Shown here: positions 13,996 to 23,754 of the stretch, one piece after another
Layout of the letters: each line of letters begins with the position of its first letter
Numbering within the stretch: the first letter of the stretch is position 1
Assembly (NCBI GenBank): GCA_963713045.1
Contig: CAVQKE010000007.1
Span: forward strand, 480,001-544,000
Length of the DNA: 64,000 bases
Direction: 5' to 3'
DNA from: an uncultured delta proteobacterium
GTDB lineage: Bacteria > Myxococcota > Myxococcia > Myxococcales > Myxococcaceae
Program-made: the position numbers and the translations under genes
The notes under the pieces: generated by a model
Database searches by the model: none
The model's input: only the letters and a program-made list of their open reading frames with translations
Told to the model about the DNA's origin: nothing

Positions 13996-14042
13996 TCTCG
14001 TTGGCGCGCCGTCCTCGAGGCGGGCATACGAGAGGGTTGTCC

Positions 14043-14978
14043 ATGGCCGGGCCCGAGCTAGCCATTGCTGTCGACGGCCTGGTGAAGCGCTTCGAGGACG
14101 TGGCCGCCGTGGATGGCGTGTCCTTCTCCGTCCGTGCCGGCACCTGCCTCGGCCTGTTGGGCCCCAACGGCGCGGGCAAGACGACAACGGTGGAGATTCT
14201 CGAGGGGCTGCAGCAGCCCACCGCCGGTACGGTGCGGGTACTTGGGCAAACGTGGGACCAGCAGCCGGAGCGCCTCAAGGCTCGCATCGGCATTTGCCTT
14301 CAGGAGACTCGCTTCTACGAGAAGATGACGGTGCGTGAGACGGTGACGCTGTTCCGCAGCTTCTACCCAGCCGGCCTGTCGGAGGAGGAGGCCATCCACC
14401 TGGTGGCCCTGGAAGAGAAGCGGGACGGGCGCGTCGGCAAATTGTCCGGGGGCCAGCGCCAGCGGCTGGCGCTGGCGGTGGCGCTGGTGGGCGACCCAGA
14501 GGTCCTCTTCCTGGACGAGCCCACCACCGGGCTGGACCCAGCCAGCCGCCGCGGGCTGTGGGATGTGATTGAAGCCCTCAAAGCGCGCGGCCGCACCGTC
14601 GTCCTCACCACCCACTACATGGAAGAGGCCCAACGGCTGTGTGAGGAAGTCGTCATTGTCGACCACGGCAAGGTGGTGGCCCAAGGGACGCCCCAGGCGT
14701 TGGTGGCGGCCCACGGCGGGACGCAGGTGATTGAGTTTTGCTCCGAGCCTGCGCCGTCCCTCGACGCCTGCCGCGCGTTGCCCGGCTGCTCGGACGTCCA
14801 GGCGCGCAAAGGCACCGTGCGGCTGGCCGTGCGCGGACTGCCTGAGGCTCTGCCGGCGCTGTTGCGCGCCGTCGAGGGCGCCCGAGGCACGCTGCTGCAG
14901 CTGTCCACCCACGTCCCGACACTGGACGACGTCTTCCTCAACTTGACGGGCCGAAGCCTGCGCGACGAGGACTCCTAA
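14043..14978 (+). CDS. ABC exporter ATP-binding subunit (DrrA-like)
   Basis: GPNGAGKTT, LSGGQRQR, FLDEPTTGLD and TTHYMEEA motifs. Confidence 0.92.
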   Translation: MAGPELAIAVDGLVKRFEDVAAVDGVSFSVRAGTCLGLLGPNGAGKTTTVEILEGLQQPTAGTVRVLGQTWDQQPERLKARIGICLQETRFYEKMTVRETVTLFRSFYPAGLSEEEAIHLVALEEKRDGRVGKLSGGQRQRLALAVALVGDPEVLFLDEPTTGLDPASRRGLWDVIEALKARGRTVVLTTHYMEEAQRLCEEVVIVDHGKVVAQGTPQALVAAHGGTQVIEFCSEPAPSLDACRALPGCSDVQARKGTVRLAVRGLPEALPALLRAVEGARGTLLQLSTHVPTLDDVFLNLTGRSLRDEDS

Positions 14979-14989
14979 AGGCGCCTTCC

Positions 14990-16021
14990 ATGTCCAGGCA
15001 CCCCCTCTGGCAGCTCTTCCTCATGCGGTTACGGGCGCTGTGGCGCGAGCCCTCGGCCCTGTTTTGGATTTTCGGCTTCCCCATCCTCATCTCCATCGCC
15101 CTCGGCCTGGCCTTCCGTCACCAGTCCCTCTCTCGCCTCACCGTGGCCGTGGCAGACGGGCCCGGGAGCGAGCGCCTTCTTGCGGCGTTGTCCGCCACCC
15201 CGGGCCTTAACCCGGAGACGCTGGGGGAGAGCGCGGCACGCCGCGCGCTGGCCACCGGCAAAGTCGCCCTGGTGGTGATGCCGGGAGAGCCACCGCGCCT
15301 GCTGGTGGACCCGGGCGTTCCCGAAGGGCGCACCGCCCGGCTGCTCGTCCTGGACACCCTTCAACGCCAAGCCGGCCGCACCGACGTCCTCCAAATTCCG
15401 GAGGAGCACGTCACTGTCCCCGGGGGCCGCTACATCGACTTCCTCATCCCCGGCCTCCTCGGGTTCGGCCTCATGTCCTCCTCGGTGTGGGGCTTGGGTT
15501 GGGGCCTGGTCAACATGCGCACCGGCAAGCTGCTCAAGCGTCTGGTCGCGACGCCCATGCGCAAGGCCGACTTGCTGGCGTCCTTCATTTTGAGCCGCCT
15601 CCTCCTGGCCGTCCTGGAGACGGGCTTCTTCCTCGCCTTCGCCCGCCTCCTGTTTGACGTCCGCGTGGCCGGCAACCTGCTCTCTTTCGTGCTGGTGGCG
15701 GCCTGTGGGGCCCTCTGCTTTGGCGGCATCGGCCTCCTCGTCGCCTCCCGCGCGCAAAACACCGAGACGGCCGGCGGCCTGATGAACTTGGTGACGCTGC
15801 CCATGACGGTGCTGTCCGGCGTCTTTTTCTCGGCCAGCCACTTCCCCGGGTGGATGCAGCCTGTGGTGAGGGCTCTCCCCCTCACCGCCGTCATCGACGG
15901 CCTCCGGGCGATTTCCGTCGAAGGGGCGCCGCTGTGGGCTCAAGCCGGCCGGCTGCTGGTGCTGGCGGCGTGGGGTGCCCTCGCCTTCACCCTGGCCTTG
16001 CGCCTCTTCCGCTGGGCGTGA
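14990..16021 (+). CDS. ABC-2 type exporter permease
   Basis: Several TM helices, YIDFLIPG, LKRLVATP and LSGVFF motifs; directly follows the ATPase. Confidence 0.88.
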   Translation: MSRHPLWQLFLMRLRALWREPSALFWIFGFPILISIALGLAFRHQSLSRLTVAVADGPGSERLLAALSATPGLNPETLGESAARRALATGKVALVVMPGEPPRLLVDPGVPEGRTARLLVLDTLQRQAGRTDVLQIPEEHVTVPGGRYIDFLIPGLLGFGLMSSSVWGLGWGLVNMRTGKLLKRLVATPMRKADLLASFILSRLLLAVLETGFFLAFARLLFDVRVAGNLLSFVLVAACGALCFGGIGLLVASRAQNTETAGGLMNLVTLPMTVLSGVFFSASHFPGWMQPVVRALPLTAVIDGLRAISVEGAPLWAQAGRLLVLAAWGALAFTLALRLFRWA

Positions 16022-16043
16022 GGCCCCTTGGCCAGGGGAAAGG

Positions 16044-16889
16044 CTAGCGGGCGCCCCAGTGCAGCTTCTCCCGCAGCACCCCGAAGTAGTCCAACCGGGG
16101 ATTACTCACCAGCAGCACGCGGTTGGGGGAGCGGCGCACCTCGAGGGTGTCTCCGGCCTGCAGCGCATGGCCCGCTTGGCCGTCAAAAGTGACGTAGATG
16201 TCCGCTGCTTCCGGGCCCAGGTGGATGGACACCACTTGGTCGCCCGGCACCACCAGCGGCCGCTGGGTGAGGGCATGGGGGCAAATGGGGACAATCAGGG
16301 CGCAGTCCAGGCCCGGGTGGACAATGGGCCCTCCGGCGGCCAGGGCGTAGGCCGTGGACCCAGTGGGTGTGGCCACAATGAGGCCGTCGGACTTGAAGGT
16401 GGCGATGAGTTTTCCATCAATGCGCGCCTCGTGGTCCGCAATGCGCGACAGCGCGCCTCGGTTGATGACGACGTCATTGAGGACTTCGTCCTCCGCCACC
16501 GACACCCCCTGCCGGAGGACGCGGCAGGCCAGCTTCATGCGCTGCTGCACGGTGCCCCGGCCGGCCAGCACTTCGTCCAGGACGTCCAACCCCTCGGCCG
16601 CGGGCACCTCCGTCATGAAGCCCAAGCTGCCGAGGTTGATGCCGAGGATGGGCACCGGCCGCCCCTCCAACAGCCGCGCGGCACGGATGAGGGTGCCGTC
16701 CCCCCCCAGCACCACCACCAGCTCGGCCCGGGCGGCCACCTCCTCCAAGGAGTGCACCGGCCAGCCAAGCTCCTGGGCGAAGTCCGGGTCCGCCAACAGG
16801 GTTAAGTCCCTGCGGTGCTGGCGCAGACGGCCGGCCAGGAGGGCCGCGTCGGCGCTGCCTTTTTTGGCCACCACCGCGAGCGTCTTCAC
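16044..16889 (-). CDS. nadK: NAD(+) kinase
   Basis: LGGDGT, GINLGSLGFM, LNDVVI and TPTGSTAYALAAGGP motifs. Confidence 0.93.
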   Translation of the reverse strand: MKTLAVVAKKGSADAALLAGRLRQHRRDLTLLADPDFAQELGWPVHSLEEVAARAELVVVLGGDGTLIRAARLLEGRPVPILGINLGSLGFMTEVPAAEGLDVLDEVLAGRGTVQQRMKLACRVLRQGVSVAEDEVLNDVVINRGALSRIADHEARIDGKLIATFKSDGLIVATPTGSTAYALAAGGPIVHPGLDCALIVPICPHALTQRPLVVPGDQVVSIHLGPEAADIYVTFDGQAGHALQAGDTLEVRRSPNRVLLVSNPRLDYFGVLREKLHWGAR

Positions 16890-16928
16890 CTTGCCCCGAG
16901 GCTACTACTACAAGGCTTCCTCTAGCTG

Positions 16929-18245
16929 ATGGACCTCTTCTCCCAAGCGGCAGACAAGGAAACCGCCGCCAACGCCCCACTCGCCGAGCGCCTCCGCCCG
17001 GAGGCGCTGGAGGACTTCGTCGGCCAGGAGCACCTCACCGGTGAGGGAAAGCTGCTGCGGAAGGCCCTGGCGGCCGGAAAGCTTCCCAGTCTCATTTTTT
17101 GGGGCCCTCCGGGCACCGGGAAAACCACCCTGGCGCGCCTCTTGGCCAAGGGCAGCGGCGCCTTCTTCATGGGCATGTCCGCCGTCTCCGCCGGGGTGAA
17201 GGACGTCCGGGAGGTGGTCGCGGCCGCCGAGGAGCGCCGGCGGCTTCATGGACAGGGCACCGTGCTGTTTCTCGATGAAATCCATCGCTTCAACCGCGCC
17301 CAGCAGGACGCCCTCCTCCCCCACGTGGAGAAGGGGACGCTGACATTGCTTGGGGCCACCACCGAAAACCCCAGCTTCGAGGTGAATTCGGCCCTCCTCT
17401 CCCGCACCCGGGTGGTGACGCTGCGGCCCTTGGAGGAAGAGGAGCTGCTCGGCCTCTTGCGGCGGGCGCTTGCCTCCCCCCTCGGGCTGGGCGGCAACGT
17501 CCAGGCGGACGAAGGCGCCTTACGGGCCATGGCGCGCTCGGCCGGCGGGGACGCGCGCCGCGCCCTCACCACCCTGGAAGTGGCCGCCGCCGGCGGGGGC
17601 CTCATCGACGAAGCACGGGTGGCGGAGGCCCTGCAGCGCCGGACACTCCTCTACGACAGGGCCGGGGATGAGCACTACAACGTCATCTCGGCCTTCATTA
17701 AGTCCTTGCGAGGCTCGGACCCGGACGCGGCCCTCTACTGGATGGCCCGTATGCTGGAGGCCGGCGAAGAGCCGCGCTTCATTGTCCGGCGCATGGTGAT
17801 TTTTGCTTCCGAGGACATTGGGAACGCCGACCCCCAGGCGTTGCAGGTGGCAGTGGCGGCACTGCAGGCCTTCGAGTTGGTAGGCCTCCCCGAGGGCACC
17901 CTCCCCCTCACCCAGGCGGCCACCTATTTGGCGCTGGCGCCCAAGTCCAACGCCGTTATCGCCGCCTACGGACGAGCGCGCGAGGCTGTCCTTGAGTCGG
18001 GCTCCCTGCCCGTCCCCTTGCACCTGCGCAACGCCCCCACGGCCCTGATGAAGTCCTTGGGCTACGGGGGCGGTTACCAATACCCGCATGACTTTGAGGG
18101 CCACTTTGTGGCTGAGGAGTACCTTCCCGACGCGTTGCGCGGCGCCAGCTTCTATCGCCCAAGCACCGAAGGCCGAGAAAAGGAATTGTCAGCGCGTCTC
18201 CAGGCCCTCCGGGAAGCCCGGGACAAAGGTACCCAGGGAGAGTAA
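16929..18245 (+). CDS. rarA: Replication-associated recombination protein A (RarA/MgsA)
   Basis: [46 protein letters not shown] and YQYPHD motifs. Confidence 0.95.
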   Translation: MDLFSQAADKETAANAPLAERLRPEALEDFVGQEHLTGEGKLLRKALAAGKLPSLIFWGPPGTGKTTLARLLAKGSGAFFMGMSAVSAGVKDVREVVAAAEERRRLHGQGTVLFLDEIHRFNRAQQDALLPHVEKGTLTLLGATTENPSFEVNSALLSRTRVVTLRPLEEEELLGLLRRALASPLGLGGNVQADEGALRAMARSAGGDARRALTTLEVAAAGGGLIDEARVAEALQRRTLLYDRAGDEHYNVISAFIKSLRGSDPDAALYWMARMLEAGEEPRFIVRRMVIFASEDIGNADPQALQVAVAALQAFELVGLPEGTLPLTQAATYLALAPKSNAVIAAYGRAREAVLESGSLPVPLHLRNAPTALMKSLGYGGGYQYPHDFEGHFVAEEYLPDALRGASFYRPSTEGREKELSARLQALREARDKGTQGE

Positions 18246-18418
18246 GCGCGTGGGGGGGGGCTGTGGACGCCCGCACCCAACGCGCGAGGGAGGCAAAGCC
18301 GTCGCCGTCATCGGCAGAGGCACCAACGCGGGGCATCGCTCGAACACCACACACTTGACACCAAGAGGCAACGGACCCAAATGGACTCTCCGTCTAGGGT
18401 CTTGGGGAGACTAGGCAC

Positions 18419-19240
18419 GTGAGGCCCGTCAAAGTCGCCGCCCTCTCGCTGGCTGCAGCTGTTGTGTCCGTTGGCTGTGGCCCCGCTGCGGTGGCTCCGA
18501 CAATCAACTCCTTCATGGCCAGCGAACCCACCCTGCCGGCGACGGGAGGCAGTGTCACGCTCTCCTGGGACGTGACGGCGGCATCCGAGCTGAGCATCGA
18601 CAATGCTCTTGGAACTGCTCGTCCGGTCACAAAGGGCAGCCTGTCGGTCAACGTCACCGCGACGACGACGTTCACGCTGACGGCGACCAACGCCGCCGGG
18701 AGGAAGACCGCGGCCGTCACGGTCATCGTGCTCGACTACGCCGCTGCTTACGTCGGCACCTGGAAAGGAAACGCCAAAGCCCCCGCGGCGCCGATGTATT
18801 CCTACACGCTTATTCTCAATAACGTGCCCTATACCATCGATAATTGGGCAGAGCTTGTGTCAGCCAGCTGGACTGGTGCGCCTTGCGACCCGCCAGTTGC
18901 CGATACCGCGACGACCATGACGGTCACTGAAGTCTCAACCAACGTCATTTAAATTGTAGGAATGCTGAATCAAACGCTGCCGGTCGCGAGCGTCACGGCC
19001 GCTGGAGCAGCACTCCCCGGTTTCGCGGGTGAGGTCAAAATCTGGAATCTCTTCGCCCCTTCGAATCCAGGCGGCTGCGATGGCAATGGGTGGGCCGTTT
19101 TTGGAGCCACTTTCAGCCCATCCGTGGTGAGTATTTCCAGCACCGGCGAGCTTGAATTGAACATCAGCGGAAATTTTACGGACTATGACAACCAAGGCAA
19201 TTACACGCTGAGCTATACCTTTGCCGGGACAAAGTCCTAA
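18419..19240 (+). pseudogene. Putative lipoprotein with a beta-rich domain, interrupted by one in-frame TAA at 18950-18952
   Basis: Lipobox-like VSVGC; Thr-rich beta strands (GGSVTLSWDV, TTFTLTATN); ORFs 18419-18952 and 18962-19240 are in the same frame (NVI*IVGMLNQ). Confidence 0.6.
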
Positions 19241-19482
19241 CAGCCAGCGACGTTGGGCCCGTCATTCATTGCAGGGCAGCAAAGGTTGGGTTTGGAAACT
19301 TAGAGGCAAAGTCCATTGCAACAGGCTTTGCCCCACAACCCCGTTGCCAGCGCCGTCGGATGACCGGTCGGCCTTCCTCAGCCGCAACCGGCCCCAACCG
19401 CCCCCCCCCCGCGCAAGTCGGCGCACCTGCGCGCGGGAATTGGCGCACACAGAGCAGACGGGTTTTGGCGAAAGCGAAGCCC

Positions 19483-20928
19483 CTAGGCCGTCATTGGCTC
19501 GGCTTTGTTGGGCTGGCCCTGGCCGCCAAGTGGGTTTCTGCCGACTTCGTACTGCTTCAATAGCCGGCGGAAGTTGCTTCGGTCGACGCCCGCGGCGCGC
19601 GCGGCGGAGGAGACGTTGTTGCCGCTTCTTTCTAGAAGTGCTGACAGGTAGCGCCTTTCAAAGGCGCGCATCGCCAGCCGCTTGGCTTCCGCGTAGGGGA
19701 GGTGGGCCAGGCTGAGCACCTCAATGTCCCCGCCGCCTCCGGGCGCGTCCCTCAGCCCCTGCGGCAAGTCCTCCACCTCCACCACCTCGCGCGAGGTGAG
19801 GACCACCGCGCGCTCAATGACGTTTTCCAACTCCCGGACGTTGCCCATCCACCGGTGACACACCAGTGCCTCCATGGCGCCGGGTGTAATGGACGTCACC
19901 TTCTTCCCCATTTTCGCCTGGTACATGCGGAGAAAATGCTGGGCCAAGAGGGGCACGTCTTCCGGCCTGTCTCGCAAGGGCGGCAGCGTCACCGTAATGA
20001 CGTTGAGGCGGTAGAAGAGGTCCTCGCGGAATTTCCCCTGCTCCTTGGCCTTGGCCAAGTCGATGTTGGAGGCGGCAATGACGCGCACGTCCACTTTGGT
20101 GGTCTCGTTGGCGCCCACCCGCTTCACCTCGCCTTCCTGCAGCACCCGCAGCAGCCGCACCTGGGTCGCTGGAGGGACGTCGCCAATTTCATCGAGGAAG
20201 ATGGTGCCGCCGTCGGCGGCCTCAAACAGGCCCTTCTTGTTGGCGGTGGCGCCTGTGAAGCTGCCCTTCACGTGCCCGAAGAGTTCGGACTCGAGCAGCG
20301 TGTCGGTGAGGGCCGAGCAGTTGACGGCGATGAAGGGCTTGTCCTTGCGGGGGCTGCGGTAGTGGATGGCGCGGGCCACCAACTCCTTGCCGGTGCCACT
20401 CTCTCCCTGAATCAAAACCGTCGCCGAGGAGTAGCTCACCGTCTCTACCAGCTTGAAGACGGCCCGCATTTGGTTGGACTGGCCGATGAGGTCCTCGAAT
20501 TGCCCCTTGGCGGTGAGTTGCTCCTCCAGCACCCGGGTCCTGTCCTTGAGGGCCTTGCGCTCGGCCGCCTTGGCCACGGTGAGGCTCACTTCGTCGATGT
20601 TGGCGAAGGGCTTGGTGAGGTAGTCGTAGGCGCCGGCTTTCACCGCTTCGACGGCCGTCTCCACCGTGGCGAAGGCAGTCATCATCACGACTTCCACCTC
20701 CGGCCGGGCCTGCTTAATGGCCTTGAGGAGGTCCATCCCGGAGAGGTGCGGCATCCGGATGTCGAGGATGGCGACGTCAATGGACGGGTCTCTGGCAGCC
20801 GCCAGGCCCTCCACCGCGTCATCAATGGCCACCACATGGTAGCCCTCTCGCTGGAGGATTTCGGTGACGGCACGCAGGACGACTTTGTCGTCGTCTACGA
20901 CCAGGACTTTGGCAGCTCGCTTATTCAT
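19483..20928 (-). CDS. hsfA: NtrC-family sigma54-dependent response regulator (HsfA-like)
   Basis: REC domain (VVDDD, LDIRMP, KPF), GESGTGKE, ESELFGHVKGSFTGA, GNVRELEN and C-terminal HTH. The family call is firm; the hsfA symbol rests on the REC-HK partner and recalled myxobacterial gene order. Confidence 0.85.
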   Translation of the reverse strand: MNKRAAKVLVVDDDKVVLRAVTEILQREGYHVVAIDDAVEGLAAARDPSIDVAILDIRMPHLSGMDLLKAIKQARPEVEVVMMTAFATVETAVEAVKAGAYDYLTKPFANIDEVSLTVAKAAERKALKDRTRVLEEQLTAKGQFEDLIGQSNQMRAVFKLVETVSYSSATVLIQGESGTGKELVARAIHYRSPRKDKPFIAVNCSALTDTLLESELFGHVKGSFTGATANKKGLFEAADGGTIFLDEIGDVPPATQVRLLRVLQEGEVKRVGANETTKVDVRVIAASNIDLAKAKEQGKFREDLFYRLNVITVTLPPLRDRPEDVPLLAQHFLRMYQAKMGKKVTSITPGAMEALVCHRWMGNVRELENVIERAVVLTSREVVEVEDLPQGLRDAPGGGGDIEVLSLAHLPYAEAKRLAMRAFERRYLSALLERSGNNVSSAARAAGVDRSNFRRLLKQYEVGRNPLGGQGQPNKAEPMTA

Positions 20929-20933
20929 GTTCT

Positions 20934-22502
20934 TCAGTTCCTCGGGGACAACGACGTCAGGGGGATGGGGAGAAGCACGGTGAAGGTAGAGCCCAGCTTG
21001 GGCTCTGTCTTCACCTCAAAGGTGCCGCCGTGGTCCTCGACAATGCGGTACGCAATGGCGAGGCCGAGGCCGGTGCCTTGGCCGGGCGGCTTGGTGGTGA
21101 AGGAAGGCTCGAAAATGTGCGGCAGCACGTCCGGGGCAATGCCGGTGCCGCTGTCGGTGACGCTGAAGTAGACGGCCGTGTCGCGCCGCCCGGTGGACAC
21201 CGACAGCCTCCCGGGCTGTCCGGACAGGGCGTGCAAGCCGTTTTGCAGCAGGTTGAGCACCACCTGGCCGAGTTGTGCCGGGTCGCCAAACACCGCTGGA
21301 AGCCCCCGCTCAATCTGCATCTCGAGGGAGGCCGACGGGGCCTGCTTCAGCTGGCCGCGGAAGAGGAAGCAGGCGTCGTCCACGCAGGCCGCCAAGTCGA
21401 AGGTGCGGCGCTCCTCGGCGCGGTTTCTCCGGCTGAATTGGAGGAGGCTTTCCACAATCCGCTTGCAGCGCAGCGCGGACTCCTCAATCAGCTGCAGCGC
21501 TTCTTGGTCTTGGCTGGTGCGCCCGGCATCGCGCTTCATCAGCTGCGTAAAGGCGAGAATGCCGCCGAGCGGGTTGTTGATTTCGTGGGCCACCCCACCG
21601 GCCAGCTGCCCCACCGCGGCCATCTTCTCGCTTTCCACCAGCCGCCGCGTCATCTCCCGCTCCTCGGTGACGTCGCGGTAAGCGCACACCGCTTGGCCCG
21701 CCTCGGCCATGGGGTAGACGTTGAGGACGTAGGTGCGGCCACGGTGCGCGATTTCCGCCCGGCCCTCCTCGCCACTGCCGAGGGCGCGCTCCAACGGGCA
21801 GCCTGGGCACGGCGTCGACCGGCCGAAGAGAAACTGGTGACAAGTGGGCGCCTGGCTGACGTCCTGGACGCGGTGCCCGGCCACCCGGGCATAGGCCACG
21901 TTGGCCCGGCGGACGACGTGGTCCGTCCCACGCACCACCGCCAGCGGCAAATCGAGCGAGTCAAACGAAAGCTCCCACTCGCGCTTGGCCACCATCAACA
22001 GGCGGGTGCGCTGCTCCACCCGCTCTTCCAAGTCCGCGTTGAGGAGCCGCAGCTCGTCGTTTTGCCGACGCGTAATTTCGGAGAGTCGTTCGTTCTCCGC
22101 GGCCACCGCAAACTGCTCGAAGGCACTCTGCACGGTGAGGAGCAGCTGCGCGTCATTCCAGGGCTTGGCGATGAAGCGAAAAATCTCCGAGCGGTTGATG
22201 GCCTCCTCAATGGCCCGCTGGTCCGCGTGTCCGGTCAGTAGAATCCGCTGTGCCCGTGGAATGCGTTCCTTCACCCGGGCCAAGAACTCCGCCCCATTCA
22301 TCCCGGGGAGGCGAAAGTCCGAAAGCACCACTTCTGGGGTAAAGGACGACAGCTCGGCCAGGCCCTGCTCGGCATCAAGGGCGGTCCGAATCTCCCAGTC
22401 GCCATGCCGCAACACCCGCTTCAGCGAGCGGAGAATGTTCTCCTCGTCGTCGACGACAAGGAGGCGTCCGGAGGACACGGCCGAATTCAAGGCGGGTTGC
22501 AT
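20934..22502 (-). CDS. hsfB: Hybrid histidine kinase REC-PAS-HisKA-HATPase (HsfB-like)
   Basis: N-terminal REC (VVDDEE, SDFRLP, KPW), AHEINNPL H-box, NLLQNG, DSGTGI and GTGLGL; the symbol is inferred. Confidence 0.85.
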   Translation of the reverse strand: MQPALNSAVSSGRLLVVDDEENILRSLKRVLRHGDWEIRTALDAEQGLAELSSFTPEVVLSDFRLPGMNGAEFLARVKERIPRAQRILLTGHADQRAIEEAINRSEIFRFIAKPWNDAQLLLTVQSAFEQFAVAAENERLSEITRRQNDELRLLNADLEERVEQRTRLLMVAKREWELSFDSLDLPLAVVRGTDHVVRRANVAYARVAGHRVQDVSQAPTCHQFLFGRSTPCPGCPLERALGSGEEGRAEIAHRGRTYVLNVYPMAEAGQAVCAYRDVTEEREMTRRLVESEKMAAVGQLAGGVAHEINNPLGGILAFTQLMKRDAGRTSQDQEALQLIEESALRCKRIVESLLQFSRRNRAEERRTFDLAACVDDACFLFRGQLKQAPSASLEMQIERGLPAVFGDPAQLGQVVLNLLQNGLHALSGQPGRLSVSTGRRDTAVYFSVTDSGTGIAPDVLPHIFEPSFTTKPPGQGTGLGLAIAYRIVEDHGGTFEVKTEPKLGSTFTVLLPIPLTSLSPRN

Positions 22503-22529
22503 GCGGGGGTCTGGACTGCACCCTGGGAG

Positions 22530-22545
22530 TGCAACGGCCCGGCCA
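22530..22545 (-). promoter_or_regulatory. Sigma54 -24/-12 promoter for the HK-RR operon
   Basis: Minus strand TGGCCGGGCCGTTGCA fits TGGC-N7-TTGCA with exact GG-N10-GC spacing, ~28 bp before the ATG at 22502. Confidence 0.7.
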
Positions 22546-22614
22546 TCCCCCGCCTCCTCCCGAAGTTATTGAATTGTCTTGGCTTCAGGTATGTTGAAAC
22601 GCCTATTGCCCGGG

Positions 22615-22658
22615 GTCACTCTATACCCATTGGGCGATTTGAAGTCACTCCGTACCCA
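22615..22658. repeat. Imperfect 15-bp direct repeat, candidate enhancer (UAS) sites
   Basis: GTCACTCTATACCCA (22615-22629) and GTCACTCCGTACCCA (22644-22658), 70-113 bp upstream of the -24 box. Confidence 0.55.
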
Positions 22659-22712
22659 GGGGAGTCGCAGGGGAGTGGACGGGGGGAGGTCAGCCCAAGT
22701 GTCCGAAATGCT

Positions 22713-23651
22713 TCAGGGGGAGGGGGGCGCGTGTGCGCTTGGACCCGCTGGGTCAGTGAGACAGACCCGGTTCCGTCCGTCGCGCTTGGCGCGGTAGAGG
22801 GCTTCGTCGGCGGCCCGCACCAACTCCTCGGTGGTGTGGACGTGAGCGGCCGGGTAGCTGCTGACGCCGAGGGACGTCGTCACCGAGACGGCCTCTGCCG
22901 GCCCCAGGCGCAGCGCACTGACGTCCCGTCGGATGCGCTCGGCGACGGTGAGGGCGCCAGCAAGGTGGGTTTGCGGCAGCACCACCGCGAATTCCTCCCC
23001 GCCCCAGCGCGCGACGGTGTCTGTGTCGCGGATGCAGCCCTGGAAGCAGCCCGCTACCTTGCGCAGCACCTGGTCCCCGACCACGTGCCCAGCCGTGTCG
23101 TTGACGGACTTGAAGTGGTCAATATCCGCCAGAATGAGGGCCAGCGGATTGTCGTAGCGCTGCGCGCGCCGGAATTCCTCGGCCAGTTTAATTTGGAAAT
23201 GCCGGCGATTGTGGATTTGGGTCAGGCCGTCGGTGAGGGCCAGCCGCTCCAGTCGCTCGCCCTGCAACAACAGCGCGTCGGTGCGCTGCTTCAGCCCATG
23301 CCGGCGGGCCAGCCGCGCCAGAAGCTCCATCGGGTCCACCGTCGGGCGCAGGACATCGTCGGCGCCGAGGTCAAACGCCGCGACCTGCGAGTCCAAGCTT
23401 TGCGTCAGCACCACCACCGGCAAGTCCACGCGGGCCTCGGAAAGCCGCAGTCGCCCCAGCACGCTGAAGGCGTCCTCCGTCAACAGCGGGTCCTCCAGGA
23501 GGAGGGCGTCCGGGGGCTCGGCGTCCAGCCGCTGCATCACGGCCGCCCCATCGTCGAAGAGTGTACAGACCCAGCCGCCCTGCTCGAGCGCTGGAACCAA
23601 ATTCCCCCGGGTGTTGGACCGGGTACTGGCAACCCAGAGCTGCATCTCCAA
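22713..23651 (-). CDS. Diguanylate cyclase with atypical receiver domain
   Basis: TDGLTQIHNRR, DIDHFKSVNDTAGHVVGD, RDTD I-site, RWGGEEF and ADEALYRAK motifs. Confidence 0.92.
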   Translation of the reverse strand: MEMQLWVASTRSNTRGNLVPALEQGGWVCTLFDDGAAVMQRLDAEPPDALLLEDPLLTEDAFSVLGRLRLSEARVDLPVVVLTQSLDSQVAAFDLGADDVLRPTVDPMELLARLARRHGLKQRTDALLLQGERLERLALTDGLTQIHNRRHFQIKLAEEFRRAQRYDNPLALILADIDHFKSVNDTAGHVVGDQVLRKVAGCFQGCIRDTDTVARWGGEEFAVVLPQTHLAGALTVAERIRRDVSALRLGPAEAVSVTTSLGVSSYPAAHVHTTEELVRAADEALYRAKRDGRNRVCLTDPAGPSAHAPPSP

Positions 23652-23754
23652 GGCCCCCTCTAGGGAAAAACGCTAGCACGCCCTCCTCGCCTCGCCGGTG
23701 GCTTTCGTTTGGGTTGCCGGCAGTCCACCTCTCGGGCTACCACTGCCGGCCGCC

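Noticed and set aside
18950..18952. Selenocysteine or pyrrolysine readthrough
   Set aside because: The codon is TAA, not TGA or TAG
19235..19292. Integron attC site after the lipoprotein gene (TCCTAAC...GTTGGGT)
   Set aside because: No complementary L boxes; no integrase or other cassettes
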